40,948 nt of DNA from an uncultured Conexibacteraceae bacterium (GTDB lineage Bacteria; Actinomycetota; Thermoleophilia; Solirubrobacterales; 70-9), in the NCBI GenBank assembly GCA_964487515.1, contig CAZARJ010000001.1, forward strand, positions 1,295 through 42,242, written 5' to 3'. Shown here piece after piece: positions 27,878 through 36,389 of the stretch (positions are counted from its first letter, which is position 1; each line of letters starts with the position of its first letter). Both the position numbers and the translations under genes were made by a program. The notes under the pieces were generated by a model that was not told the origin of the DNA, searched no databases, and worked only from the letters and a program-made list of their open reading frames with translations.

Positions 27878-27989
27878 TCCCGATCGTGAAAATCACCCCG
27901 GGGCGATCAGACAAGCCTTTGAATTTTTCCCGATCGGCTAAATTACGCTTGAATTTCGCTGCGGCAACGCCGTACACTCCCGATCGGGA
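27878..27989 (+). promoter_or_regulatory. hipBA control region: three TCCCGATCG boxes spaced exactly 50 bp apart, plus -35/-10
   Basis: The boxes are tcccgatcgtga (27878-89), tcccgatcggct (27928-39) and the perfect palindrome tcccgatcggga (27978-89). Promoter elements: TTGAAT (27949-54), an 18-nt spacer, then TACACT (27973-78). The hipB ATG is at 27992. Confidence 0.5.
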
Positions 27990-27991
27990 AA

Positions 27992-28213
27992 ATGGAAACG
28001 TCGAAGCGAGCATCGACTCCCGAGGAGATCGGAGCGCGGATACGCGCTCGCCGCCGCGAACTTAACCTCACTCAGACCGATCTGGCCGCGGCCGCGAACA
28101 CTTCGCTGCGCTTCGTCAGCGAGGTCGAGCGGGGCAAGCCGACCGCGCGCCTGAGCGGCGTCCTCAGGCTCCTCGATGCGCTCGGCATCACCTTGGAGCT
28201 CGGTACGCGGTGA
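27992..28213 (+). CDS. hipB: XRE-family HTH antitoxin (HipB-like)
   Basis: 73 aa. HTH segment IGARIRARRRELNLTQTDLAAAANTSLRFVSEVERGK. The stop overlaps the hipA GTG (GTGA). Confidence 0.8.
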   Translation: METSKRASTPEEIGARIRARRRELNLTQTDLAAAANTSLRFVSEVERGKPTARLSGVLRLLDALGITLELGTR

Positions 28214-29481
28214 ACGCGCTCGACGTATTCCTCCACGACGATCGGGTGGGAAGGCTGGAGCGCCACGCTCAGGCCACCCTCCAGTTCCAGTACGAAGCCG
28301 CCTGGGTCGAGGGCGGCGGCGCCCCCGTCTCGCTGAGCCTTCCGGTGCGGCGGGAGGCGTTCGCCGATTCGGAATGCCGCCCATTCTTCGCCGGGCTGCT
28401 GCCCGAGGGCAAGTTCCTGCGCACGATCGCCAGGGCGTTCGGCGTCTCGGCATCGAACCCTTTCGCGGTCCTGGGGGCGATCGGCGGTGAGTGCGCGGGC
28501 GCAATCTCGCTCGCGCCGGCCGACCATCCACCGCCACGAGATGGATCGCCGCGCTGGCTGGACGCGATCCAGCTCGCGAAGCTCGTCGACCAGCTCCCCG
28601 CAGACCCGATGATCGCCGACGACAGCGGCGAGGGGCTGCGCCTCTCGCTGGCCGGAGCCCAGGAGAAGCTCCCGGTCCTGTTCGCCGGCGAACGAATTGG
28701 GATCACCCGAGGGGACCCGCCCAGCACCCACATCATCAAGCTCCCCGACGGCTCTTACGCCGACCTGGTGGCCAACGAGGCGTTCTGCCTCGCCCTCGCA
28801 CGCGAATGCGGGTTGGAAGCGGTCGAGGCAACCGCGCAAGACGCCGGACTCGGGCTCTCGGACGATCCCGGCGATCGCTCGTTCCTGCTGGTGACGCGCT
28901 ATGACCGCGTCGACGGCCGGCGACTTCACCAGGAGGACCTCTGCCAGGCGCTCGGGATCTCCCCGGAGCTCAAGTACCAAGGGGACGGTGGCCCCTCGAT
29001 CGGAGACTGCGCGGCGCTCCTGCGGCGCGTCTCGTCGGCACCCGCCCCGGATGTGCTCGCGTTGCTCGATGCATTCCTCTTCAACTTCCTGATCGGCAAC
29101 CACGACGCGCACGCCAAGAACTACTCCCTGCTTCTCGAGGGGCCCCGCTCGCCGCGATTGGTCCCGCTCTACGACCTCGTCTCGACGGCCGTCTATCCGG
29201 GGCTTCATCGCAAGCTGGCGATGAAGCTGGGCGGCGAGAACCGTCCCGAGTACGTGCGCGGACGCCATCTCGCGCTCCTCGCCGCCGCCTTCGAGGTCAG
29301 CCCGGTCACGACCCGCGATCGCGCCGAGCAGCTCAGCGAGCGATTGGCCGACGCTCTGCCACGAGCCCGCGAAGACGGTGCGACTGCCTTCCGGGATCAA
29401 GCGAACCTCGAACGGATCCTGGCCGTCATCGAAAAGCGACGGAAGATCCTGTCCGCCGCCGCCGACGAGCTGCGGAACTAA
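28210..29481 (+). CDS. hipA: HipA-family serine/threonine kinase toxin
   Basis: 423 aa. It has the HipA N-terminal coupling domain (FFAGLLPEG, GECAGAISL), SLAGAQEKLPV, and the catalytic loop IGNHDAHAKNYSLL. Confidence 0.9.
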   Translation: MNALDVFLHDDRVGRLERHAQATLQFQYEAAWVEGGGAPVSLSLPVRREAFADSECRPFFAGLLPEGKFLRTIARAFGVSASNPFAVLGAIGGECAGAISLAPADHPPPRDGSPRWLDAIQLAKLVDQLPADPMIADDSGEGLRLSLAGAQEKLPVLFAGERIGITRGDPPSTHIIKLPDGSYADLVANEAFCLALARECGLEAVEATAQDAGLGLSDDPGDRSFLLVTRYDRVDGRRLHQEDLCQALGISPELKYQGDGGPSIGDCAALLRRVSSAPAPDVLALLDAFLFNFLIGNHDAHAKNYSLLLEGPRSPRLVPLYDLVSTAVYPGLHRKLAMKLGGENRPEYVRGRHLALLAAAFEVSPVTTRDRAEQLSERLADALPRAREDGATAFRDQANLERILAVIEKRRKILSAAADELRN

Positions 29482-29534
29482 CTACAACGCCTACACCGGA
29501 TTGTTGTTGCACTCGTTCGCAGGCCCGCCCGGAC

Positions 29535-29587
29535 GGCGAGGTGGCAGCGAAAGTTGCCCTGTGGGGATGCAGATCGCTGCCAGCTCG
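29535..29587. repeat. 53-bp hairpin element, copy A
   Basis: 46/53 positions match copy B at 30332-30384 in direct orientation. Outer stem is GGCAGCGA (29543-50) / TCGCTGCC (29574-81). Confidence 0.6.
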
Positions 29588-29724
29588 CCGGTTTATCCCG
29601 CGGTGGGCGGCCAATCAGGCAGGGGAATACACCGACCCGCGTAGGGTCGGCGCTCCCAGTCCGGTCTTGCAGTTCGCCGTTCTGAGGCCCGGCGCGTTCC
29701 GCGGACTCGACGGATCGGACGGCG

Positions 29725-30312
29725 TCAGCTCCGGACGCGGTAGCGCAGCTCGGTCATTCCGTTGCTGAACGGCGTGGCGCCGATCAGCTCAAGGGCGCCT
29801 GGAAGCGGGCGGTCGAAGAGGGGCTTGCCGGCTCCGAGGATCACCGGGACGACGGTCAGATGGAGCTCGTCGAGCAGGCCCGCGTCGGCGAACTGGGAGG
29901 CCACGCCGCCGCCGCCGACGACCCAGACAGCGCGATCACCGGCGGCGGCCGCCAGCTCGTCGTGCAGCTCGGCCACCGAGCCGTCCGCGACCCGCACGTC
30001 GACCCCCTCGCCGGATGGCCGGCGCTGCTCGCGCGAGCTCAGGACCCAGAAGGGCTTGCCCGCGTAAGGCCATTCCCCGCCGCCCGCGGCGTCGAGATGG
30101 TCGAGGACCCACTCGTAGGTCACAGAGCCGGAGACGAGCGCCCCGACCCCCTCGTAGAAGCGCTCGTAGGAGCCGCCCTCGCTCAGCGGATCCGCCGCGG
30201 CCTCCTCCGGGCCCGACCGCCCCTCGTAGCCGGTCAGCCAGTCGAGGCCGTCATCGGGGTCGGCGATATAGCCGTCCAGCGAGGCCGCGACGTAGTAGAT
30301 CGTCCGTGCCAC
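29725..30312 (-). CDS. Dihydrofolate-reductase-like / RibD C-terminal domain family protein
   Basis: 195 aa. MARTIYYVAASLDGYIADPDDGLDWL and VWVVGGGGVASQF are typical of RibD_C. GTG start. Confidence 0.85.
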   Translation of the reverse strand: MARTIYYVAASLDGYIADPDDGLDWLTGYEGRSGPEEAAADPLSEGGSYERFYEGVGALVSGSVTYEWVLDHLDAAGGGEWPYAGKPFWVLSSREQRRPSGEGVDVRVADGSVAELHDELAAAAGDRAVWVVGGGGVASQFADAGLLDELHLTVVPVILGAGKPLFDRPLPGALELIGATPFSNGMTELRYRVRS

Positions 30313-30331
30313 GCGGCGAGCGTACTCGTAG

Positions 30332-30384
30332 GGCGAGGTGGCAGCGAAAGTGGCCCTACGAGGGCGCAGATCGCTGTCAGCTCG
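30332..30384. repeat. 53-bp hairpin element, copy B
   Basis: Fills most of the 77-bp spacer between the aminotransferase stop and the RibD_C start. Outer stem is GGCAGCGA/TCGCTGTC and inner stem is GCCCT-acg-AGGGC. A competing 10-bp stem is CTCGTAGGGC (30325-34) / GCCCTACGAG (30352-61). Confidence 0.6.
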
Positions 30385-30389
30385 GTCGC

Positions 30390-31760
30390 TCAGGCGGCCA
30401 GCTCGGCCGCCAGCTCGTTGAAGGCCTCGGTGTGGCGGTCGACCTGGGCCTCGGTGGTGGCGGGGCAGATCAGGGCCATCATGTGGAACGGGGTGAAGAG
30501 GATGCCGCGGTTGAGCATCGCCAGGTGCATGAGCTCGTCGAGCGGGCCCCCGATCACCTCGGCCGCCTCGGCGCCGTTGCGCGGTGGCTCGGCCGAGAAC
30601 ATGTACTCGACCCGGCAGCCGAGCCGGACGACGCTCCAGTTCAGGCCATGGCGCTCAATCCCCTCGCGGACCCCGGCCTCGTAGCGCTCGGCGAGGGCGA
30701 TCATGCGCTCATACGCCTCCTCGGTCAGGACCTCGCCCAGGGTCGCGCGGACGGCGGCGAGCTGCAGGGCGTTGCCGGCCAGGGTGCCGCCGACGCCGCC
30801 GACGTCGGCCGCGTCCCAGACGGTGCGCTCGATCACGCGCGCGGCGAGCTCGTCGCTGAGGCCGTAGGCGCCCGTGGGGATGCCGCCGGCGATCGGCTTG
30901 CCCATCGTCATCGCATCGGGCTCGAGGCCGTGCGCGGCCGTGTAGCCGCCGGGCCCGCAGCTCAGCGTGTGCGTCTCGTCGATGACCAGCAGAGCGCCCT
31001 GCTCGGTGCAGAGCCGCCGCAGCTCCTCGTGGTAGCCGGGGTCGGGCAGCACGATGCCGATGTTGGTCAGCGCCGGCTCGACCAGGACGCAGGCGACGTC
31101 GCCCGCCGCCAGCTCGCGCTCCAGCCCCTCGAGGTCGTTGATCTCGACCACGCGGGTCGTCTGTGCCGGGTCGACGGGCGGGCCGATGTTGCCGTAGCGG
31201 GGCACGGCCGTCAGCCCGTCGTCGCCGAGCTCGACCACCGTCTCGTCGGCGGAGCCGTGGTAGCAGTGGTTGTGGACGAGGATCTTCGGCCGCCCCGTCA
31301 CCTGCCGGCAGAGGCGGATCACGAAGCGGTTCGCGTCGGTCGCGGAGACGGTGAACTGCCAGTGGCGCAGGCCGAACCGGGTGGCCATCAGCTCCCCCAC
31401 CTCCGCTGCGTGCTCGGCGGGCAGCATCGTCGTGATCCCGCGCCCGAGCTGGCGGCCGATCGCGGCGGTGGTCGCCTCGGGCGAGTGCCCGCACATCGCG
31501 CCCGTGTCGCCCAAGCATAGATCAGCGTAGGAGATCCCATCGATGTCGACGACCTCGGCCCCGCGCGCCTCGCGCACGTAGACCGGGAAGCTGCCCGGCC
31601 AGCGCGTCATCCAGTTCATCGGCACGCCCGAGAGGAGGTCTTCCTCACTGCGCTGATGGAGCTCTCCGGAGCGCGGGTGGAGCCGCTCGAACTCCGCCTG
31701 CTCTCGCTCCAGAAGCTCCGCAATCCGCTCTGGACTGGGCGATTCAGCCGATTCTGACAT
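30390..31760 (-). CDS. Class III aminotransferase of the glutamate-1-semialdehyde-aminomutase-like subgroup
   Basis: Subgroup pattern: VDIDGISYADLCLGDTGAMCGH, VHNHCYHGS, LLVIDETHT, and the PLP-Lys motif MGKPIAGGIPTGAYG. I prefer ATG 31760 (MSESAE) over 31772 on SD spacing. Confidence 0.85.
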   Translation of the reverse strand: MSESAESPSPERIAELLEREQAEFERLHPRSGELHQRSEEDLLSGVPMNWMTRWPGSFPVYVREARGAEVVDIDGISYADLCLGDTGAMCGHSPEATTAAIGRQLGRGITTMLPAEHAAEVGELMATRFGLRHWQFTVSATDANRFVIRLCRQVTGRPKILVHNHCYHGSADETVVELGDDGLTAVPRYGNIGPPVDPAQTTRVVEINDLEGLERELAAGDVACVLVEPALTNIGIVLPDPGYHEELRRLCTEQGALLVIDETHTLSCGPGGYTAAHGLEPDAMTMGKPIAGGIPTGAYGLSDELAARVIERTVWDAADVGGVGGTLAGNALQLAAVRATLGEVLTEEAYERMIALAERYEAGVREGIERHGLNWSVVRLGCRVEYMFSAEPPRNGAEAAEVIGGPLDELMHLAMLNRGILFTPFHMMALICPATTEAQVDRHTEAFNELAAELAA

Positions 31761-31797
31761 TTGTGCCCTCATCCTCCTCTGGCTGTGCTATCGTCGA

Positions 31798-31810
31798 ATT
31801 GTGGAACAAT
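31798..31810. promoter_or_regulatory. GntR/FadR-type operator candidate ATTGT-GGA-ACAAT
   Basis: Matches the family consensus TnGTnnnACnA (TTGTGGAACAA). It lies in the ~40-bp divergent spacer and overlaps the annotated GTG start of the GntR gene. Confidence 0.45.
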
Positions 31811-32502
31811 CTAGCACTCCCAAGCAGGCCGACCCCCCCGAGATCCCGCTGCGCACCGTCTCCGTCGTGGACGCCGCCGCCGACGCCCTGCGGCAGATGA
31901 TCCTCGACGGCACCCTGGAGCCCGGCGAGCCGCTGCGCGAGGCCACCTACTCGAAGCGCCTCGGCATCGCCCGCCACACCTTCCGCGCCGCGACCCAGAT
32001 CCTGATCAACGAGGGCCTGCTGCGCCGCTCCCCCAACCGGGGCGTGCAGCTGACCACCTTCGACCGCGACGGGATCGTCGACATCTTCCGCTTCCGCACG
32101 GCGCTCGAGATCGAGGCAACCCGTCAGGTCACCGCCGAGGGCCTCCCGCTGCCCGAGTGCGAGCGCGCCGTCGACCTCTTCAACGGGCTCTCCCCCGGCG
32201 CCTCCTGGCGCGAGGTGGTCGACCTCGACATGGCATTTCACCGGGCGATCATCGACGCCACCGGAAGCGAGCGGATCTCCCGCGCCTACGCGGCCGTGCA
32301 GACCGAGATCCTGATCTGCATGGCGCGCCTGCGCCCCCACTACGACCACTCCGAGCAGGTCGCAGCCGAGCACCGTGAGCTGCTCGACGCGCTGCGCTCG
32401 GGCGACCCCGACCGGGTCGAGGAGCTCTTCCGGCTGCACCTCGACGAAGCGATGGAGAAGTTGACCAAGGCGCTGCAAGCGCGAGAGGAGGTGACCGCGT
32501 GA
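31801..32502 (+). CDS. GntR-family transcriptional regulator (FadR/FCD subfamily)
   Basis: wHTH segment (ALRQMILDGTLEPGEPLREATYSKRLGIARHTFRAATQILINEGLL) plus an all-helical FCD-like C-terminal domain. The start is uncertain (GTG 31801). The stop overlaps the enolase start (GTGA). Confidence 0.85.
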   Translation: MEQSSTPKQADPPEIPLRTVSVVDAAADALRQMILDGTLEPGEPLREATYSKRLGIARHTFRAATQILINEGLLRRSPNRGVQLTTFDRDGIVDIFRFRTALEIEATRQVTAEGLPLPECERAVDLFNGLSPGASWREVVDLDMAFHRAIIDATGSERISRAYAAVQTEILICMARLRPHYDHSEQVAAEHRELLDALRSGDPDRVEELFRLHLDEAMEKLTKALQAREEVTA

Positions 32503-33773
32503 GTGGTCTCGAGATCCATGCCCTGAGCGCCCGTGAGGTGCTCGACTGCCGTGGCCTGCCGACCGTCCAGGTGGACGTCGTGCTGGAGGGAGGGGCGCGC
32601 GGCCGCGCCGACGTGCCCTCGGGCCGCTCCACGGGCTCCAACGAGGCCTTCGAGCGCCGCGACGGCGGGGATCGCTTCGGCGGCTTCGGCGTGCGCGGCG
32701 CGGTCGATGCCGTCAACGGCGAGATCGCCGACGCCATGCGTGGCTTCGAGCTCACCTCGCAGCGCAACCTGGACGCGCGCCTGATCGAGCTCGACGGCAC
32801 CCCGAACAAGTCCCGGCTCGGCGCCAACGCGGTGCTCGGCGTCTCCCTCGCCGGCGCCCGCGCGGCCGCCGCCGCCCAGGGCCGCCCCCTCTACAGCCAC
32901 CTGAACGGCAACGGCCACGTCCTCCCGGTGCCGCTCGTGAACCTGATCAACGGCGGCAAGCACGCCTCCAACGATCTCGACTTCCAGGAGTTCATCGTCA
33001 TCCCGGTCGGCGCCAGCTCGATCCTCGAGGCGCTGCAGATCTCGACCGAGGTCAACCTGGCCCTGGCCCAGATCCTGCTCGAGCGCTACGGCAAGAGCGC
33101 CCTCAATACCGGCGACGAGGGCGGCTACGCGCCCGCTCTCTCCGACCCGCGCGAGGCGCTCGGGCTCCTGCACGAGGCGGTCGACGCCGCCGGCCACGCG
33201 GGGCGCTTCCGCTACGGGCTCGACTGCGCCGCCACCCACTACCACTCGAATGGCACCTACGAGCTGGCCGGTGAGACGCGCGACACGGCGGCGATGATCG
33301 AGCTCTACCAGGAGCTGATCCGCGACTTCGACGTGGTCACGATCGAGGACCCCCTCGACGAGGACGACTTCGAGGGCTTCGCGGAGCTCACCCGCAGCAG
33401 CGGGATCCAGATCGTCGGCGACGACCTGTTCACGACCAACCCGGTCCGGATCGCCCACGGCGTCGAGCTCGGGGCGGCCAACTCGCTGCTCTGGAAGGTG
33501 AACCAGATCGGCACCCTGACCGAGTCCCTGGACGCCGCCGAGCTCGCCCACCGCAGCTCCTACACGGTGGTCGTCTCCGAGCGCTCGGGCGAGACCGAGG
33601 ACCCGATCATCGCCGACCTCGCGGTGGCCCTGAACGCGGGCCAGATCAAGACCGGGGCGCCGGTGCGGGGCGAGCGCACGGCCAAGTACAACCGGCTGAT
33701 CGAGATCTCCGAGGAGCTCGGGCACGAGGCCAAGTATCCCGGCGACGTGTTCGCGGCACCGGTGGCCGCCTGA
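32499..33773 (+). CDS. Enolase-family protein (divergent enolase paralog)
   Basis: 424 aa. Enolase motifs are present: PSGRSTG, NGGKHA, FQEFIVIP, GDEGGYAP, LDCAA, TIEDPL, VGDDLFTTN, KVNQIGTLTES, and IKTG...AKYNRL. The usual SHRSGETED reads SERSGETED. Confidence 0.9.
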   Translation: MSGLEIHALSAREVLDCRGLPTVQVDVVLEGGARGRADVPSGRSTGSNEAFERRDGGDRFGGFGVRGAVDAVNGEIADAMRGFELTSQRNLDARLIELDGTPNKSRLGANAVLGVSLAGARAAAAAQGRPLYSHLNGNGHVLPVPLVNLINGGKHASNDLDFQEFIVIPVGASSILEALQISTEVNLALAQILLERYGKSALNTGDEGGYAPALSDPREALGLLHEAVDAAGHAGRFRYGLDCAATHYHSNGTYELAGETRDTAAMIELYQELIRDFDVVTIEDPLDEDDFEGFAELTRSSGIQIVGDDLFTTNPVRIAHGVELGAANSLLWKVNQIGTLTESLDAAELAHRSSYTVVVSERSGETEDPIIADLAVALNAGQIKTGAPVRGERTAKYNRLIEISEELGHEAKYPGDVFAAPVAA

Positions 33774-33774
33774 C

Positions 33775-35202
33775 ATGGACCCGGTCCTGGCGCAGCGCGA
33801 ACGCCGGGACGAGCCCGGCGCCGAGGAGGCCCTGAGGCCCGCGGCGATCCTGAATCGGGAGGCCCTGCTGGACCACGGCCTCCCGATCCCCCGGGCGATC
33901 GCCCTGCGCGTCGCGGCGGCCGGGCTCGCCGCCTGCGACCCCGGCCTCGCGGTCGAGCGCCTCGTGCGGCTCGAGGGCGACGAGCTGATCGTCGACGGTC
34001 GCCGCCACACGCTCCACCCGGACGGGCGCGTCGTCGTGCTCGGCTCGGGCAAGGCGACGCTGAAGATCGCGATCGCGCTGGAGCGGATCCTCGGCCCCCG
34101 CCTGCACGGCGGCACGGTGGTCGTGCGCCACAACGACGCGGCGACGGTGCTCGAGCGCATCGAGCTGCTCGAGGCCGCCCACCCGGTCCCCGACGAGCGC
34201 AGCGTCGCCGCCGCCCGCCGCCTGCTCGAGCAGGCCGAGGGGCTCGGCGAGCGCGATCTGGTGATCGCCTGCTTCACCGGCGGCAGCTCGGCGCTGACCA
34301 GCCTGCCCCCCGACGGCGTCACCCCCGCCGAGAAGGCCGACCTGCACCGGCTCCTGCTCGGCGCGGGCCTGCCGATCGCCGAGATGAACGCCGTCCGCAA
34401 GCACGTCTCGGCCTTCAAGGGCGGGCGCCTGGCGCTCGCGATCGCCCCCGCGCGGGTGATCAACCTCACCGTCTCCGACGCGGCGGGGGACATGCTCGAC
34501 GTGATCACCGATCCCACCGTCCCCGACCAGTCGACGGTCGAGCAGGCGATCGCGGTGCTGCGCGGCAACGACCTCTGGGACGAGGTCTCCGAGAGCATCC
34601 GCGCGCATCTCTCCGGGGCGGGACCGGCGGGCGCCGGCCTGGACGGCACCGACATCCAGACGATCCTGCTGGTCACCGGGGAGGCGGCCTGCTCGGCGAT
34701 GGCGGCCGAGGCCCGGGCGGCGGGCGCCGAGCCGGTCGTGATCTCGACCACCCTGGAGGAGGAGGCGCGCGCGGTGGGCACGATGCTCGCCAACCTGGCC
34801 GGGGAGAGCGCCTCCCGGGGGCGTCCCTTCGCGGGCCCGGCCGTGATGATCGGCTGCGGGGGCGAGAGCGCCGTGCGGCTCGGCCCGGAGGACGAGTTCG
34901 GGGTCGGGGGGCCGAACCAGGAGGCGGCCCTCGCGGCGGCGCACGAGCTGGCCGGCCGGGATGTCGCGGCGGTGTTCCTCGATACCGACGGCTCCGACGG
35001 AAGCACCGAGCTGGCCGGCGCGATCGGTGACGGGCTGACGCTCGAGCGCGCACGCGAGGCCGGCCTGGACCTGGCGACGGCGCTCGCCCGGCACCGCTCC
35101 GGGGAGACCGTACGCACGCTCGGCGACGGGATCCGCACCGGGCCCACGCACACGAACGTCAACGACCTGTTCGCGCTCGCGATCGGAGCGCCGCAGGGAT
35201 GA
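33775..35202 (+). CDS. Glycerate 2-kinase (DUF4147/MOFRL, TtuD-type)
   Basis: 475 aa. Family pattern: VVVLGSGKATLKIAIALE, MNAVRKHVSAFKGGRLA, and the C-terminal MOFRL region FLDTDGSDGSTELAGAI. Confidence 0.85.
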   Translation: MDPVLAQRERRDEPGAEEALRPAAILNREALLDHGLPIPRAIALRVAAAGLAACDPGLAVERLVRLEGDELIVDGRRHTLHPDGRVVVLGSGKATLKIAIALERILGPRLHGGTVVVRHNDAATVLERIELLEAAHPVPDERSVAAARRLLEQAEGLGERDLVIACFTGGSSALTSLPPDGVTPAEKADLHRLLLGAGLPIAEMNAVRKHVSAFKGGRLALAIAPARVINLTVSDAAGDMLDVITDPTVPDQSTVEQAIAVLRGNDLWDEVSESIRAHLSGAGPAGAGLDGTDIQTILLVTGEAACSAMAAEARAAGAEPVVISTTLEEEARAVGTMLANLAGESASRGRPFAGPAVMIGCGGESAVRLGPEDEFGVGGPNQEAALAAAHELAGRDVAAVFLDTDGSDGSTELAGAIGDGLTLERAREAGLDLATALARHRSGETVRTLGDGIRTGPTHTNVNDLFALAIGAPQG

Positions 35203-36389
35203 GCGAGGTGATGGCGATGCCGGCGAGGAGCGAGGAGATGCCGATGGGTGAGGCGCAGCCGATGATCGAGCTCGAGCGGGTGACGAAGCGCTTCGGCCCC
35301 GCGACCGCCGTCGACGACCTGTCGATGACGATCCGGCGCGGCGAGTTCTTCTCGATGCTCGGCCCGAGCGGCTGCGGGAAGACGACGACGCTGCGCATGA
35401 TCGCGGGCTTCGAGGAGCCGACGATGGGCCGGGTGATGCTCGACGGCGACGACGTGACCTTGACCTCGCCGCGGCACCGCAACGTCAACATGGTCTTTCA
35501 GGACTACGCCCTGTTCCCGCACATGACCGTGGCCGAGAACGTCGGCTTCGGGCTGAAGCTGAAGCGGGTGGCCCGCGCCGAGATGAGCGCGCGCATCGAG
35601 GAGATGCTGCGGATCGTGCGCCTGGAGGGGCTCGGCGAGCGCCGGCCCGCGGAGCTCTCGGGCGGGCAGCGGCAGCGCGTCGCCCTCGCCCGGGCGCTCG
35701 TCAACCGGCCCGCGGCGCTGCTGCTCGACGAGCCGCTCGGCGCCCTCGACCTGAAGCTGCGCCGCGAGATGCAGCTGGAGCTGAAGCGGATCCAGAAGAG
35801 CACCGAGACCACGTTCGTCTACGTCACCCACGACCAGGAGGAGGCCCTGACGATGTCGGACCGGATCGCCGTGATGGCGGATGGCCGCGTCGAGCAGCTG
35901 GCCGACCCCAAGACCCTCTACGAGCAGCCGCGGACGAGCTTCGTCGCCGACTTCATCGGCACCTCGAACGCGCTGCGGCTGTGCGTCGACCGACGCGAGG
36001 GCGAGCTGGCGATCATGGAGCCGGGCCCCGGCGTGCGGATCGTCGCCCTGTCCGCGGACTGCCGCATCGGCGAGCCGCTGCAGATCAGCGTCCGGCCGGA
36101 GAAGATCCGGATCGAGACGGGGGCGGGGACCGCGCCCGGCGACGCATCCCACTCGTCGGCCAGCGGCGTCGCCATCGAGCGGGTCTATCTGGGCTCCGTC
36201 TCGCAGACCGTGGTCGAGCTGGCGGGGGGCGAGCGGCTCGCCGTGCACGAGCTCAACGACGACCGCGCCACCGCGATCGCCCCCGGCGATCGGGTGACGC
36301 TGAGCTGGCCCGCCCGCCACAGCCTGCTGATCGCCGCCGAAGAGGGAGCGCCGCCGGACCCGGCGGCTGACAACGAGGAGGAGTCCTGA
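35199..36389 (+). CDS. ABC transporter ATP-binding protein, PotA type
   Basis: Walker A (GPSGCGKTT), ABC signature (LSGGQRQRVALARA), Walker B (LLLDEPLGALD) and a TOBE-like tail. ATGA overlap with the upstream stop. Confidence 0.9.
   Translation: MSEVMAMPARSEEMPMGEAQPMIELERVTKRFGPATAVDDLSMTIRRGEFFSMLGPSGCGKTTTLRMIAGFEEPTMGRVMLDGDDVTLTSPRHRNVNMVFQDYALFPHMTVAENVGFGLKLKRVARAEMSARIEEMLRIVRLEGLGERRPAELSGGQRQRVALARALVNRPAALLLDEPLGALDLKLRREMQLELKRIQKSTETTFVYVTHDQEEALTMSDRIAVMADGRVEQLADPKTLYEQPRTSFVADFIGTSNALRLCVDRREGELAIMEPGPGVRIVALSADCRIGEPLQISVRPEKIRIETGAGTAPGDASHSSASGVAIERVYLGSVSQTVVELAGGERLAVHELNDDRATAIAPGDRVTLSWPARHSLLIAAEEGAPPDPAADNEEES

Noticed and set aside
29535-30384. Integron-type gene cassette (gene flanked by attC-like repeats) or a small IS/MITE carrying the RibD_C gene
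   Set aside because: The repeats are direct and have no RYYYAAC/GTTRRRY core sites. No integrase or transposase gene, terminal inverted repeats or target-site duplication is visible.
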